Assembly: GCA_965235115.1 (NCBI GenBank)
Contig: OZ249438.1
Span: 8,246,001-8,310,000, forward strand
Direction of reading: 5' to 3'
Source: Laetmonice hystrix
Taxonomy: Eukaryota
DNA length: 64,000 nt
The position numbers were made by a program, and so were the translations under genes. Below are positions 48,996 to 62,726 of this stretch, piece by piece (position 1 is the first letter of the stretch; every line of letters begins with the position of its first letter). The notes under the pieces were generated by a model. The model made no database searches. It saw nothing but the letters and a program-made list of their open reading frames with translations, and was not told the DNA's origin.

Positions 48996-49689
48996 GAGAA
49001 ACCATGATGTGTGGTAAGGGAAGGCACACATCATAATATTGAGTGCAACTGTTGAATTCCGTTGTAATTTAGCACGAAGGAGCCGCTAAAAACACCCACG
49101 AGGATGCTGTTTCGCAGAAGTGGATCTGTTATGTTTGGACGGGTCCCGATGTTTAGGAGATGTGCGGCAATCGCATTTGAAGAGTTTCCACGAAGCATTG
49201 TACCTCGCGAGGGTCGTCATCAGGGCTCGTTCTGATGTAGCTACAGGCTCTGCCAATTGATAACGTTAGTAAATGTCGATATTGGCTGGCTCCGTGATGT
49301 CTGTTGGCGGTTGTATCAGAACTGAGGATTGTTTGGGGATTTAGATGGGACTGTGAGGGGTTGGGCCTCCGGGCCTTGGTGGCTTCAGTCATGGTAGGAG
49401 GAGATATAGGCTGGAGCTTATCGTGAGCAGACGGAGAGTTGTGCTGAGTACAGGGGTTGCTAATGTCGGCCAACTGCCCTCATCGCCACATTGCTTTCTG
49501 TTAGCCAGGCTGGCCAGCCAACACGGCGAGGTAAAAATAAACTAAGGAGGGCACCCCCCCGGTTTCTTGGTTTCTCTTTTTTTCTCTCCTCCCCCGTGAG
49601 GTGGCTCGCTTTGGGGGGGGGGGGCGTGTTTGCAGGCCCGCAGGTCAGCAAACAAATCTGTCACAGTGGCTCGGTTTGCTCAGAGGTGC

Positions 49690-49940
49690 TGTAACTGTCC
49701 TCCTCTGCTGTTGTAAGACAGCTAGCGCAGTCAGTATGGTCTGACTGGTGGCCCACAAGTGAGAATCTGTAACTGTCCGAGTCCTCCTCTGCTGTTGTAA
49801 GACTGCTAGCGCAGTCAGTATGGTCTGACTGGTGGCCCACAAGTGAGAATCTGTAACTGTCCGAGTCCTCCTCTGCTGTTGTAAGACTGCTAGCGCAGTC
49901 AGTATGGTCTGACTGGTGGCCCACAAGGGAGAATTTGTAA
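49690..49940. repeat. Minisatellite, 84-bp unit x 3 with an internal 7-bp hairpin
   Basis: Starts at about 49690, 49768 and 49852. Core CAGTCAG-TATGGT-CTGACTG. Confidence 0.95.
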
Positions 49941-50991
49941 CACGGCTATTTCTATCCGTCTCTGTTGTAACACAAATATCACGGCCCAGCTCTGGTTGTA
50001 ACACCACTATCTCAGTGCATCACTGGTCTGACGTTTGGCCCACACGTCAAGATCTGTTGCACAACTATCACAGCCCGTCTCTGAACTGGGGTCTACAGGT
50101 CAGGAACTGTAACACACCCCAGGCTGTGTTACAACCAGAGGCAGTAACACAGCTATCACGGTCCCTCTCTTGGACCCGCAGGCCAGGAACTATAACACAG
50201 CTATCGTAGTCTATCTCTGCTTGGTCACACATTTACTTTGAAGAAGAAAGCGGGAAGAGAAACGGGATGATTGCTTACAGGTTGCGTTGTAATGCAACCT
50301 CTTTACCCTCATCAAATATCGTTCGGCTCTTATCCAATCGCGCTCCTGGAACATTGACACAAACCCACGTCTCGGGGAACTACTGCTGCCGTCTAGTGTC
50401 AGCCTAAATTTGACGTGGTTTGATGTTTTATTTGGTTATCTGATGATCTGCCACATCCACTATGAGAACTTCAAAGTTTCGTTTCGTTTTAACGTTGGCA
50501 GGACTGTTCACAAACCCGGGTGAGCAAGGAAGCCACGACTGGGAAGTTCACATACCAGGATATTCTAAGTAGACTCTCCCGTTGAGAGTGGTGCGTGTTT
50601 TATGTTTCAAGCTTGCTGAGTTAGCATTCACGCACTGACCCCGAATGTCCTCCCTCTGATATGACAGATGAGGCGATGTTATATACTCTTGACCCGGTAT
50701 ATATTCCCACGGGGGGTAGAGCAAGAATGGAAACGTTATTACACCCCCCCCCCCCTAAAAAAGATTTTTCAGATAACGTTTTCTGCTTTACGTTCCCCCG
50801 CGGAACAGAAGCATTGGTTGACACATTTATCTTAGGCTCTCCTTGGGTGGTAGATATACCTGTCTATACGTGTGTATTGGAGTCGGGCGGTATATATTGG
50901 AGTACGGTGCAAGGTGTACATATGTAGGGCGTTGTTTGGATGCGGGAAACCTGCACTGGCCAGTCGGGCTGGGCAGTGAGATGGGCGCGAG

Positions 50992-51233
50992 TATAAATAG
51001 GTGGCTCAGGTTCGAGCGAGCCCGCTCAGCGGCGCCCGCCAGGGGCAAGTTTGGCGCTGTGAGAGAGCATCATGGCGGAAACTTCTCTGGCCTTCTCACA
51101 TGGGTACGAACCGCCACGAGGTGCGATTTTCTGTTCTGCCTGAATTGAAAAACTTAAGAGTCGTAACGAAAAAGTGTCCCAGAAAAAGGTTCCTGATGAG
51201 AACCGGCCTATGAGAGCATCTTAAACTGTTCAG
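50992..51233 (+). promoter_or_regulatory. Candidate TATA-type promoter and short first exon inside the NCX intron
   Basis: TATAAATA at 50992-50999 in a GC/CpG-rich patch, followed by CATCATGGCG at 51068-51077 and donor-like CAG|GTATAG at 51234. Confidence 0.3.
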
Positions 51234-52049
51234 GTATAGGTTGTAGCATGGCTGGATGAAATTTTCCCGCCACGATGTTTGCACGGGTATGTGACCTCGC
51301 CAGGCAGCCTGACCCGGAAGATAATATATATCATTGCATGAATGTTAAACCCAGTGACGGCACATATGCCAATAACCTGACGTTCCCTTTCGGCATGCCT
51401 CATTTGAGAAATGCTTCCATGGAAACGAAATGGCATACAGCATTAAAACTGTTAACAGCATTCATGGACTTGCTAGAAGGTTAATTGTTCGGCTCTTCTC
51501 CAACCTCTCTACCGGGTTCCAACCTCTCTCCTGAAATCCACTTTCTCTCCTGATTGTGTAACGTAGAAAGCGGTAGCGTATAATGTATATATCCCAATGC
51601 AAAAAGCTGCCACAACGAGCACTGATGAATCCGGTATGTGGAGGGTGGAGGTATAGAAAGAATAGATTTATCTAACCGACAGGTGTTTGTGAGGGACCCG
51701 CTCAGGTCCTGCTCAGGTCCTAAGCTAGGTTGTATCCTTGTAATGGCCTTTTGTCGGCGAAGGATAAGTCGATTCTTCCAATCTCGCCTTACCACTGATG
51801 TGACGAAACGTCGCCAGGGAGAAGAGTTATAAAACACAGTTGACGCTGAAGAGGTACATAATGGGAGAAGATGGACTGAAGGACAGACACTAATGGAAGG
51901 TGATCAGCATCCATCGTCGCAGATTGCTCACTGCCTGCTTCTGGCTCAAGTGCCGCGCCGAGCCCCTCTATGAAGTTGGCAATTCGTAATCTTGCCGTAA
52001 GGCCATTGGGGCATTTTTCTTCTTCCTTTTTTTTTACCTTTTTTTACGG

Positions 52050-52791
52050 GTATGATGGGTATGAGTTGTTCCAGCGTAGAGGTGGAGGAGTTTGACAAGG
52101 TCAGCTCAGTGCTGTTTGGTGCGGAGACCAGAGTATGATGGGTATGAGTTGTTCCAGCCTAGAGGTGGAGGAGTTTGACAAGGTCAGCTCAGTGCTGTTT
52201 GGTGCGGAGACCAGAGTATGATGGGTATGAGTTGTTCCAGCCTAGAAGTGGAGGAGTTTGACAAGGTCAGCTCAGTGCTGTTTGGTGCGGAGACCAGAGT
52301 ATGATGGGTCTGAGTTGTTCCAGCCTAGAGGTGGAGGAGTTTGACAAGGTCAGCTCAGTGCTGTTTGGTGCGGAGACCAGAGTATGATGGGTCTGAGTTG
52401 TTCCAGCCTAGAGGTGGAGGAGTTTGACAAGGTCAGCTCAGTGCTGTTTGGTGCGGAGACCAGAGTATGATGGGTCTGAGTTGTTCCAGCCTAGAGGTGG
52501 AGGAGTTTGACAAGGTCAGCTCAGTGCTGTTTGGTGCGGAGACCAGAGTATGATGGGTCTGAGTTGTTCCAGCCTAGAGGTGGAGGAGTTTGACAAGGTC
52601 AGCTCAGTGCTGTTTGGTGCGGAGACCAGAGTATGATGGGTCTGAGTTGTTCCAGCCTAGAGGTGGAGGAGTTTGACAAGGTCAGCTCAGTGCTGTTTGG
52701 TGCGGAGACCAGAGTATGATGGGTCTGAGTTGTTCCAGCCTAGAGGTGGAGGAGTTTGACAAGGTCAGCTCAGTGCTGTTTGGTGCGGAGA
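52050..52791. repeat. Minisatellite, 83-bp unit x 9
   Basis: Unit GTATGATGGGT(A/C)TGAGTTGTTCCAGCCTAGAGGTGGAGGAGTTTGACAAGGTCAGCTCAGTGCTGTTTGGTGCGGAGACCAGA. Confidence 0.97.
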
Positions 52792-53758
52792 CTCATGGCT
52801 GGAGATCTGAGGTAACGCCTGTCAAGCTGGAGAAAGGGGAAGAAGGAAACAAAATTAGGAAATGTTAATTCTGCGATGGTGTCTGGCACCTGGTGTCGAC
52901 CAGCGCTGGCCGACGGCGTGGTCTTGGAGGATATTGAGATAGCGTCAATCAAGGGACAATAACTTGGCCTGATTTTGTAAACCTCCGCCATGCCTTGGAG
53001 CAAACCTCATGGACAAGATTTGTCATGGGACAATGACGCGGTAGATTTGGTAGCCTCTGCCACCCCTCGGGACAAGAACTTGTACTGATTGGTGTTCTCT
53101 GCCATACATAGATTTCCAAATAGTACAAATACTATACAGAGAGAATAAAATCGATCGATCTTGCTTTAACAGTTCTTGGTACAAATTCTGTCAGGTATAA
53201 ATGCACTTGTTCTACCTTCATCTTAAGTAGGATGAGTCTCTCGTGTCAAGATTCAGGCCTTTTGAAGTACGTCGCGCTATTTATCTTGCGTACAGACAGG
53301 TTAAGTAAGTCCCAACTTACATATCTGCTGTGTAGTAACAATACAAGTGTTGGTTTGGAGAAGTGTTAACTCCGATTGCTAACCCCTGTCGGGGTGCCAT
53401 GGCTGTGCATCAGTTATTTTTAGAGGCAATGATTGGTTGAGGTGTGGAGGGCCCAAGCAGGTACAGGGCAAGGATGGCGGCGCAGCGTCGATACCCCACC
53501 CCCTACCCTGTCCCTACTCCCAGGGGGTGAGTGCAGCTATAGGATGGACGGCAGGCACAACCAGTCAGAGTTATGGTACTGTAGTTACGTGAAATGGGGC
53601 TATAAGGTCGTCCAGATGGAAATGGTACTTGGAAAATAATATTGGCTTCTTGAACAATCTCACAACGGATGATCAATGGAGGTTTTTCCACTGGTGGACA
53701 CACTCTCCATAATGTCACCTCCGAAATTGTGAGGGATAGTAATAGAATTGTGCTTCAA

Positions 53759-54117
53759 TCCTTACGGGTTTTGAGTATTAAACCTTATGGGTTTTGAGTA
53801 TTAAACCTTATGGGTTTTGAGTATTAAACCTTATGGGTTTTGAGTATTAAACCTTATGGGGTTTGAGTTCCAGACTGATTTGTTTTCTATTTTATACCAA
53901 TTCTAATGCAAATTCACCGGCCAAATTTGGCCGGTCCGTCTGGAAAGGGTTAAACCTTATGGGTTTTGAGTATTAAACCTCATGGGTTTTGAGTATTAAA
54001 CCTCATGGGTTTTGAGTATTAAACCTCATGGGTTTTGAGTATTAAACCTCATGGGTTTTGAGTATTAAACCTTATGGGTTTTGGGTATTAAACCTTATGG
54101 GTTTTGAGTATTAAACC
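53759..54117. repeat. 23-bp minisatellite in two blocks split by an 80-bp non-repeat insert
   Basis: Unit AAACCT(T/C)ATGGGTTTTGAGTATT; insert at 53868-53953. Confidence 0.95.
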
Positions 54118-54726
54118 ACCATTAAGGTTCACTCCTGGTGGGGTTTTATCTGACTGTAGTGGGTCAGAAGCAGGTTTCTGGTACGGGTAGGACCACCGTT
54201 GTGAGAGGTCCCACAGGTGCCAACTCTTGTCTTATTTACCCACCGTCGTAGGTTACTTAGACCCGCGGACATGATTCTCAGGTCGAGTCCCGTGACATCC
54301 CCCACCTCCACTGACCGCCTGTATAATCACCCGGTTTGTTTCCACTGCCCTCCGAGAAAACTGCTTTGTTTGTGAATGGGAGGAGTGCGAGCGACCTGGC
54401 AGTACATGCAATTACAGTGGAGTCAGTGGAGAACATAGTAGGCGCGGTTGGAGATAGGTGGGACAGTCCACAGTATTGATTGGGATTGGATTTGAGAGTT
54501 TGCTCCGCAGCACCAGACATTGTAATATTGAGGAGGTCAGTTTAACCTCATGGTGGCAGGAACCGGAGTCGCTGGTAAAAACCACCGACTCTGAAACAAG
54601 TCGCTGAACATCGAGACGAAACAAAGGGCCGATGGGGGTTGCGTCAAGCCATATCGTTCTCAGCTGCTGTTTGATAAGGGTGGCGATAACTTCACACCTA
54701 CATTGAAGTGTTGCCACGGCTTTCGT

Positions 54727-55508
54727 CTCACTGTCCAGCTGGCATCCATTTATACTGTCATCCTTTGCTCTCACTGTCCAGCTGGCATCCATTTATACTG
54801 TGATCCTTTGCTCTCACTGTCCAGCTGGCATCCAATTATACTGTCATCCTTTGCTCTCACTGTCCAGCTGGCATCCATTTATACTGTCATCCTTTGCTCT
54901 CACTGTCCAGCTGGCATCCAATTATACTGTCATCCTTTGCTCTCACTGTCCAGCTGGCATCCATTTATACTGTGATCCTTTGCTCTCACTCTCCAGCTGG
55001 CATCCATTTATACTGTCATCCTTTGCTCTCACTGTCCAGCTGGCATCCATTTATACTGTGATCCTTTGCTCTCACTGTCCAGCTGGCATCCATTTATACT
55101 GTGATCCTTTGCTCTCACTGTCCAGCTGGCATCCATTTATCCTGTCATCCTTTGCTCTCACTGTCCAGCTGGCATCCATTTATCCTGTCATCCTTTGCTC
55201 TCACTGTCCAGCTGGCATCCATTTATACTGTCATCCTTTGCTCTCACTGTCCAGCTGGCATCCATTTATACTGTGATCCGTTGCTCTCACTGTCCAGCTG
55301 GCATCCATTTATACTGTCATCCTTTGCTCTCACTGTCCAGCTGGCATCCATTTATACTGTGATCCTTTGCTCTCACTGTCCAGCTGGCATCCATTTATAC
55401 TGTCATCCTTTGCTCTCACTGTCCAGCTGGCATCCATTTATACTGTGATCCTTTGCTCTCACTGTCCAGCTGGCATCCATTTATACTGTCATCCTTTGCT
55501 CTCACTGT
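54727..55508. repeat. Minisatellite, 43-bp unit x about 18
   Basis: Unit CTCACTGTCCAGCTGGCATCCATTTATACTGT(C/G)ATCCTTTGCT. Confidence 0.97.
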
Positions 55509-58500
55509 AAACTGCTCACAAAAAGTCCCAGATAATCGGAAGATGTGGCCCGTGCAAGTGAACCTGGCTTGAAGAGGACACGTTCTGGAGTTATTTAATG
55601 TTCATGTGTCTTTGTTAAGCAGGCTGTGGTAGGACGAGTAGAAATATTTGTCGGGAGTCAATATGGAGTATGGCAGCCTTGAGGGAAATGGCTCCCATGA
55701 TATGCAATCCTAAGACATTTAGAAGGAGACGCTCGAACAATATTTCAAGGGCCTGAGCAGCAAGACGCTATTTTCCCACCATGATATAATTACTACTCGT
55801 CGGGCAAAAACTTGGAACCTTATGTCCGAAGGGATAATGGCAGGGGCGGACAAATTCTTCAATTTATACCGATCACGCGTCGTGTCAAAAGACGTCTGGA
55901 TTTTCATTGTTAAGACAAGACAAGACAGCCATGCATTCTAGGAAACAGTGGATTCTTTTTTTTTAAGCTAAGACATTCGAGCCAAAATAGAAGCCATTTA
56001 TGATACGCTGGAACACTACTCGATCGCTGTGAAAACACTCAACTTACAGATAGCTTTCCAGGAACCGTAGAGAAATCTTTCCTATTTATGATATAAATGT
56101 GAAATAGGAGCGGCCTTCCATTGGGTGTTCTGAATGGGGCGTGCCGTTCCTGAAATATTTGTCTATGTGTATGAAGGCGGGCGTGTATACAAGTACACAA
56201 TACAGGGACGATAAATAGGATATATTTTAGATTATCTCGAGGGAGATGTGACGAATGTTATTTTTGTTGGCGGTTTCAATGACAGTTATCATGGGGGGTT
56301 AAGTCGTGTCCTTTGTTCATCAGCTGACAAAAGATCATCGATTCCTGTGGAAGACTGCCTGGTAGTACTTTATTCTTTTCTTGCGGTTGATACGTGTCCC
56401 CTCCTTTTTATATTCACACAGTTTGCAGAAAAAAGATAGCTTACATTGATTTCGACGTGTCTCAGCGACTGATAAATCATATAATAGGAAGTATTATGTG
56501 TTTTTGCTCGATTCCACATGTCGTATTTATACATAGTAGGTTATATGTATGTCCCAAATATATGGATTTGCAGTGAGTACACGTTTTTAGTTGATGTTTT
56601 TGTCTTACTTGGATGATTTTCCCCATACATATTATTGAATATATACAAATCTCTAACATAAAAAAGAGGTAGCAGGGACTGGGTACCATGGAAACAAACA
56701 GTTCCCTAATCATTTTTTCTGATGAAAACACCGGCAGTCAATCTAGCTCAAGTTTGCAGACTGTGATATCAGATGTAGACTCATCTCGCTGCTTTGTCTG
56801 GACTGTACGAGGACGTTAAAAAAAATAATAATGGTGTTCAGTTCCACTAAAGCCTTCACAGGAAATATTGTATCGTTGCCCTACATTGGTCTTCTGAGCT
56901 GAGCTGAGCTTTCCGTTTCACACTTAGTGAAAACTATTTGCTTTGCCATTTGTTCATTAACATCTCACGTTACGCCTGCCACATCTCCGCCATCTTTGGT
57001 TTTTGTTTACATCCGGGGCCGCGTGCCAAGGATTTATCAGCAACCATGCATGCATGAAGGCCCTTATAAGGCATCGACGGTGAGGCCCTCTACAGTTAGA
57101 GTATCTGTTGACAGTGTTAAAGATCTGAACTGTTTCAACGGGTACCGTACGCTAGTGACGATGATGATTCAGGGGATTTTCAAATGAAAAGTTTCGCGGA
57201 GATTTGTTTCGGAAATGACGGTGCTTTGTAACATTCCAACGCAACGTCAAGAGACCAAACGCAATCCCCATACCACAAGAGGAGCCCACTCAGCTAAGTC
57301 GGGCAATTGGTCAGCCAAAAGCAGATAATACGGATAATCCAATACTATGGGGTCGCCGGGATAAAGAAGGGCTCGGCACCCAAGTGCGTGATCCAGCTGA
57401 GGCTAATTATGCCAGCAATAGAGGCGCCGCCTCTCAGGTGTGCTAGTGGACGGTAGTAGCCTTTCACTCTGTTGTTCACCAAACACTGATGCAGGTTGAC
57501 ATGCAAGACACGTAGGCCTACACACTTTAGCGATCAATTCAGAGGCTCAGGGGTGCATATATTGCGGAAGAGCGGGTTAGTAATGGCGAATTTACGTTAG
57601 GTCGGCAGCTAGGAATATTGGCAGGGTTAGAACAAGGTTAAAGGTTACAACCTTGGGGTAAGGGATCTATTGTCTCCAAGGGAGGGGCAATGAAAAGTAT
57701 AAAAGGAGTGGGTAAGGGTCTATAGTGTTGTCAGTCTGCGAGAGAAAGAAAAACATAATGAATTGCAACAACAGCTGAAGGTTCCATGTATAACCGAGTA
57801 TTACCTAAATAAATGTCAGATTACACCAATGACATCACGTGTCACATTGCATTTCAACCAAGGAAAACTAAATTATTAATAGCAATGTATTTGACGTGTA
57901 ATCCAGTTACATGGGTGGGTTATCGGAAACTGATACTCATGTGCGTATAGTAGTTACGAAAGGAACGCCACCGTCTTATTGTTGTACAAATCTACAAATC
58001 TTTACCATGCATGATTCTCCAATATTAACGCAAAGAAAATACGACGCCACCCCGATTGCAGCAATGTATTGACGCCATCGCAAAAGAGATTGTCTTCAGA
58101 CGGCCTAAACCAACAGAATCCCTCGGCCGCTGGAAAGCAGGCGTGATAGGGGCCGCCCCCTTGAAGCTATTTACTCCATCGAACACTAACAGCAAGCAAG
58201 CAAGCCACGCTGGATTGTCCGGCCTGGTCGTCTGTAAGAAGTATATCGGAAAGTGGGTCACGGACGACGTGAGATGCGCGGTTATCGGTCAGTGTGCCGC
58301 CCTGCGTCTCATGGCGTAATCAATGAGCAGACGATACTGTCCGCATGACATCGTACGACACATGCACAAACTCGGAAGTCGCACTCTCCTGTAGCCAGTT
58401 TCTTGTTATGATTTTTACTGTTAGCTGTTATGAACACACACATATATAGCCCATGGCCTGAGCTTACAGTCATAGGCATTCAATGGGGTCGCATAGAGGT

Positions 58501-61500
58501 TTTATTGATTTTTCATCTGAAGTGCAGCATTGATGACGAATCCAAGTGCAGCGCATTTATACACTTATGTATGATTGGTGCACCGTCTGCTGCGCTAGTT
58601 CACCGATTGTATTGACCAGTGTGGCAAGGCCAGCCCCATCCGTTCTTTGCTATGTACCGATACGGAACAGAAACGGCCGAAGTATGCACTGCCATTCATT
58701 GCCATTGATCTCTTCGTTGAGAAAATCAGGTCAGTGCACAGAATGGGGGAAGAAACCGCCAATTTAAGGCAACTCGCGTAATTAGAGCTACATCTTGGAA
58801 ATTAAAGAGTCCCTATCTTATCTGTTTCAAAATTATGATATAGGACCCATATAACTACAGCAAAATATATGGTTCGTTTAGGAAAAATACACCAGCTTCT
58901 GTAGCAGAGGAACTCTAACTTGATATGTATAGGCTCCATAATGTTTTCTTATATACTACACTGTAGCTACAGGCAATACAATATACACATGTAGAACGCA
59001 TTACGCCCAGAATCTGTTGCCTTGGTTCTGCTGATTTTCGAAGAGAAAAAACATCCACCTCAATGCGGAAGGGACGGGTCCTGGACATATTGATTCAGAG
59101 CAGTGGCCATGAACAAATATCTATTGCTAACAAAAGTGTGCTTATTCTGCATTGACTTGATTGTCTCTCAGTCTGCGTCAAATCATGTTAATTCATTTTA
59201 GACTCATTTTTTACTTCCTTAATGCTAACAGTAAAATCCTGATTACGACATTCATTTAACATTTTAAGTTTTGGCAAACATTCGTATTTTAAACGAATTC
59301 ATACCTCCGTAAATCCTTTACATAATTTTTAAACCATATTTTTGACTTGTAGGCAGATGTATTGAAATAGATCAATACAAATTTGCGTTTTTACCACTGG
59401 ATTGGGGGGTGGGGGGGGGGGGTGGTGGAGGTCCAACTGACTGTATCCTGAGTGAGGAATAGACAGACTGTGACGTCTGACAGCGCTGCGGAAAGTGGAT
59501 GATGAGTTTATTATTGTCTGACCAAAACACGAACAGCTTCGGTTGGAAGCATGAGGGACCATTGAATTCCTGTCATTGCATCGTTTGGTGATAAACATAT
59601 TTTTTATGAGGGTATACAATGGGGAAATAGGCTATGAATGTCATGTATTGTAATCCAGTTATGTTAAGTAATAATGTGCGGTATGCTTTGCTTTCAAACA
59701 TGGCCAGTCTACATGCAGTATGACCAGGGTTGTTGATTGTTGTTGAATTAGACTAATTTATGAGTTTACTTAACCCTAACCCTACAGCAAGTTGTTCTAC
59801 CTAGGCTCAGCTCCAGGAAATCAAAATATGATGGGTTTACGAACTTCCCCGAGGGCTTCCGATGTAGAAATCGGGTATTTCCGGTGTCATCTATACGGCC
59901 TTGACGTCACAAGGGGAATAACACCCTGGTGTGACACATAATGAGATATAGCTGCAGGACCAGTATTAACACATGACGTATGCCACCTGCTAATTATGTG
60001 ACAGGTGGGGCGAGAGAAACTAAACTCAGATCATGAACTGGTGTGGGTTATTTCTGTATCGGAGGTTGGCAATCCTGCCCAAGATCAATTTGTATCGACT
60101 CGAACTTCGTCCTCAGTGCCCTGGGCAGTTTGCCGGCCAGCTAGCGTTAGCTCATACATGAATTAAAGGATGCTGGCCAGACCTGGTGTCGTGCCCGCAA
60201 GGGTGTGGGTGTGTGAGTGTACATGGTGTTTGTACACAGGCACGTGAGCATCTGTTTTTGTAATGTAAAGGAAAAACATCTAGTACCAGCAAGTGGATTA
60301 TAACGCCATATTAGAATATATTAATGGAAATATATTTTATTTTAACCGATATTAAGTTGATTCTAACCGCTTTAAACAGGACTACTGGAGACAACATGCT
60401 GAGGGAAATATGATAATGTAGAAGCAGTTCTGGTGGATTTATACATGCAAGTAAATCTTGTATGCAGTGAGTTTCTTTAGTGAGCCTATCTTCAAGTAGA
60501 ATAGAAGATGCTAGATATTCCATGGAATAATAAAGACCAGAAAGATAAAGAAAATATCCCAGTATGGATCCGTAATATAAGAATCCGGTATGTATATGGC
60601 TGTTGAGCGTGTTAATCTACCCAGAGAATGTGTAAATTGTTTGGTGATACACCAATCCGAGTTCAGTTTTATCAGAATAAGTGCCAGGACAAACCTAATA
60701 TGGCCCTGAGATGGCGTTATCAGGCCGAGCTGAGCGCCTCAACCCTCGCAAAGCTGCAACGATTGCTTGTCAATCAGGCGTGAAATGATGTCAGCGAAGT
60801 GGCGTGGGTCTCATCGCATGCCACCCCCACCCGCCATCTCTACCATACACCCCAGGGGGCGGGGGGGGGGGGGGGAGGGGGTAAGATCACATAAGGGATG
60901 TATCTTGTCTCGTGATGTGTAGGGAGAATTTTGTATGGTTTACTGCCTTCAGCACTAAATATGATCAGGGAGGCTGTGCTAGTAAATTAGCTAAATAAGG
61001 TAAAGTCATGAACGGAATTAAGTTTTCAAAGGTCAAATATAAAACTAAAGTAACGTCAGATTTACAGCCTGAAAAGATATATCACCTGGGTAATTGTTTA
61101 TTAGGATTTGGTTCACATTTAGAATATTCTTAAAACCTTATTTTGTATACAGTGAAATTTGAGGCATGGAGACATTAACGTGGGGTATATGAAGTATACA
61201 GAACTGCGCAGATCGAACATCAGTTTGGCAGCAAAAGTTCCCTCCCGCGGGCTGTAGGCGTACAAAAAGAGTTGCGTAATGGTGGCGTGACATCAATTCA
61301 GCTTAGGGGCCGGAGGTGAAAACGTTTGACTTCCGTTACGTCAAATTGTTCATTGTGACCAGACTCGCGACCTGTATCGTCAGATGGTGGTGTCTGTCGG
61401 TTCTAATGATATAAACGACAGTATATATTAACAGCATGTACGACACATCCTTTCAAAAACTCTTTCCGAAAAGATTTCCTCCACGCCAACATTCGATGGT

Positions 61501-62726
61501 AACAAATGGTGAAGACTGATAATAGAAGCATGCCGCCCTGTATAATCTAGCCTAGAGCTAGAATTCATTATGGAGGGTAAAAGCTTCTGCTAAGTGTAGC
61601 CTATATGTTATCCCTAAATCCCGGCCGATAATCTGGCGGCTAGACATGCCTCCTGAACCTTAAACAGCTTCTATGGCGATCCTCAACATCGTTTGAGATT
61701 TTCAACCAATTAAATCAAGTGTGTTATCGTTCGCCATCAAATGCAGCGACCGCTCCTGAAAAGGCAATGCCCTTATGTCATGCATTCCCAGGCCATGGTG
61801 TTGTCCTTGCTACTTCATAATTCGTGTTTAGCATTAAAGGCATGGATCAGTGCGGGTGATCACACAGCATTAACTTGGATACATCATCTTCAGACGATGT
61901 AAGGACGTTTGTGGCCTGGTTATGGCAGGGAAACATGCAGCCATATTTAAGCCAGAATTGCCGCTTGAGTCGAGACTTATAACGGTCTTCCACGCCAGAC
62001 CTTTTGGCTCCTAGTCGGTACAGGGTATGGTTCAGCGAGGCGTTTTTTGTTTGTTTGAATGTGGTTTTATTTCTCCTGGAAGGGGCAGACCTTAATGGTT
62101 GCAGGATTCGAGTCAACTACTTATGCGATCTCCCTCTCTCCCATCGTATTTAAGTGTGATGCTCATAGGATGCAATATTGTCCATTTGAGACCAGAGCAT
62201 CTGTTGGGGGGGGGGGGGGGAGGGGGGACATTTATTGCGTCTTAGAAATAAAAAGTTGAACATGTTGTACATGAAGCGGAGGACCGGTTGCAGGGTGTGG
62301 TGCTTGTTTTGCCAGTCCTTTCATAATCAACACGGTTCTTATGTTTATTAGTAGCCTACAGTTTCACATATACGGCAGGAAGAAGGAAAAAACAGGAACC
62401 CTAATTACCAGTGTGTTCGATCTGTCAGCCGATCCGTTCGTAACGATTGTGTTTAACAGATCATGATTTTGTTCGCCAGCGGAAAGAGTCCATTATGTGT
62501 ACAGTTTCTTCCAGGCTATAAATACGCCGGAAAACCTCAGGATAAACCGCAGAGTGGTTTGCCTAATTCACCTCGCTTAACTTCTAATTACATCATGAAG
62601 CTAATTCCATTCATCACAACCTTAATTGCAGTGCACGTAACTAGTCGTGTAATTACACCAATTTCATGGTCATTTCATGACGGTTTACAAGTATGCCTTT
62701 TAATCTTTTCTAAATAATTCGGTTTA

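Noticed and set aside
48300-49500. Possible decayed retroelement RT/RNase H remnants (VFQGC-like and GVANV-AD-LSR-like fragments)
   Set aside because: They need several frameshifts and substitutions; only a translated HMM search against Dfam/Repbase could support them.
54703-55448. Cys/His-rich repeated ORFs (ILCSHCPAGIHLYC) resembling zinc fingers
   Set aside because: Frame-cycling translation of a 43-bp unit; there is no splice or start context.
15674-55508. Palindrome-containing regularly spaced repeats as CRISPR arrays
   Set aside because: Units are head-to-tail with no unique spacers, there are no cas genes, and the context is eukaryotic. They are minisatellites.
59771-59785. TAACCCTAACCC as interstitial telomeric repeat
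   Set aside because: Only two units; within chance or part of a dispersed repeat.
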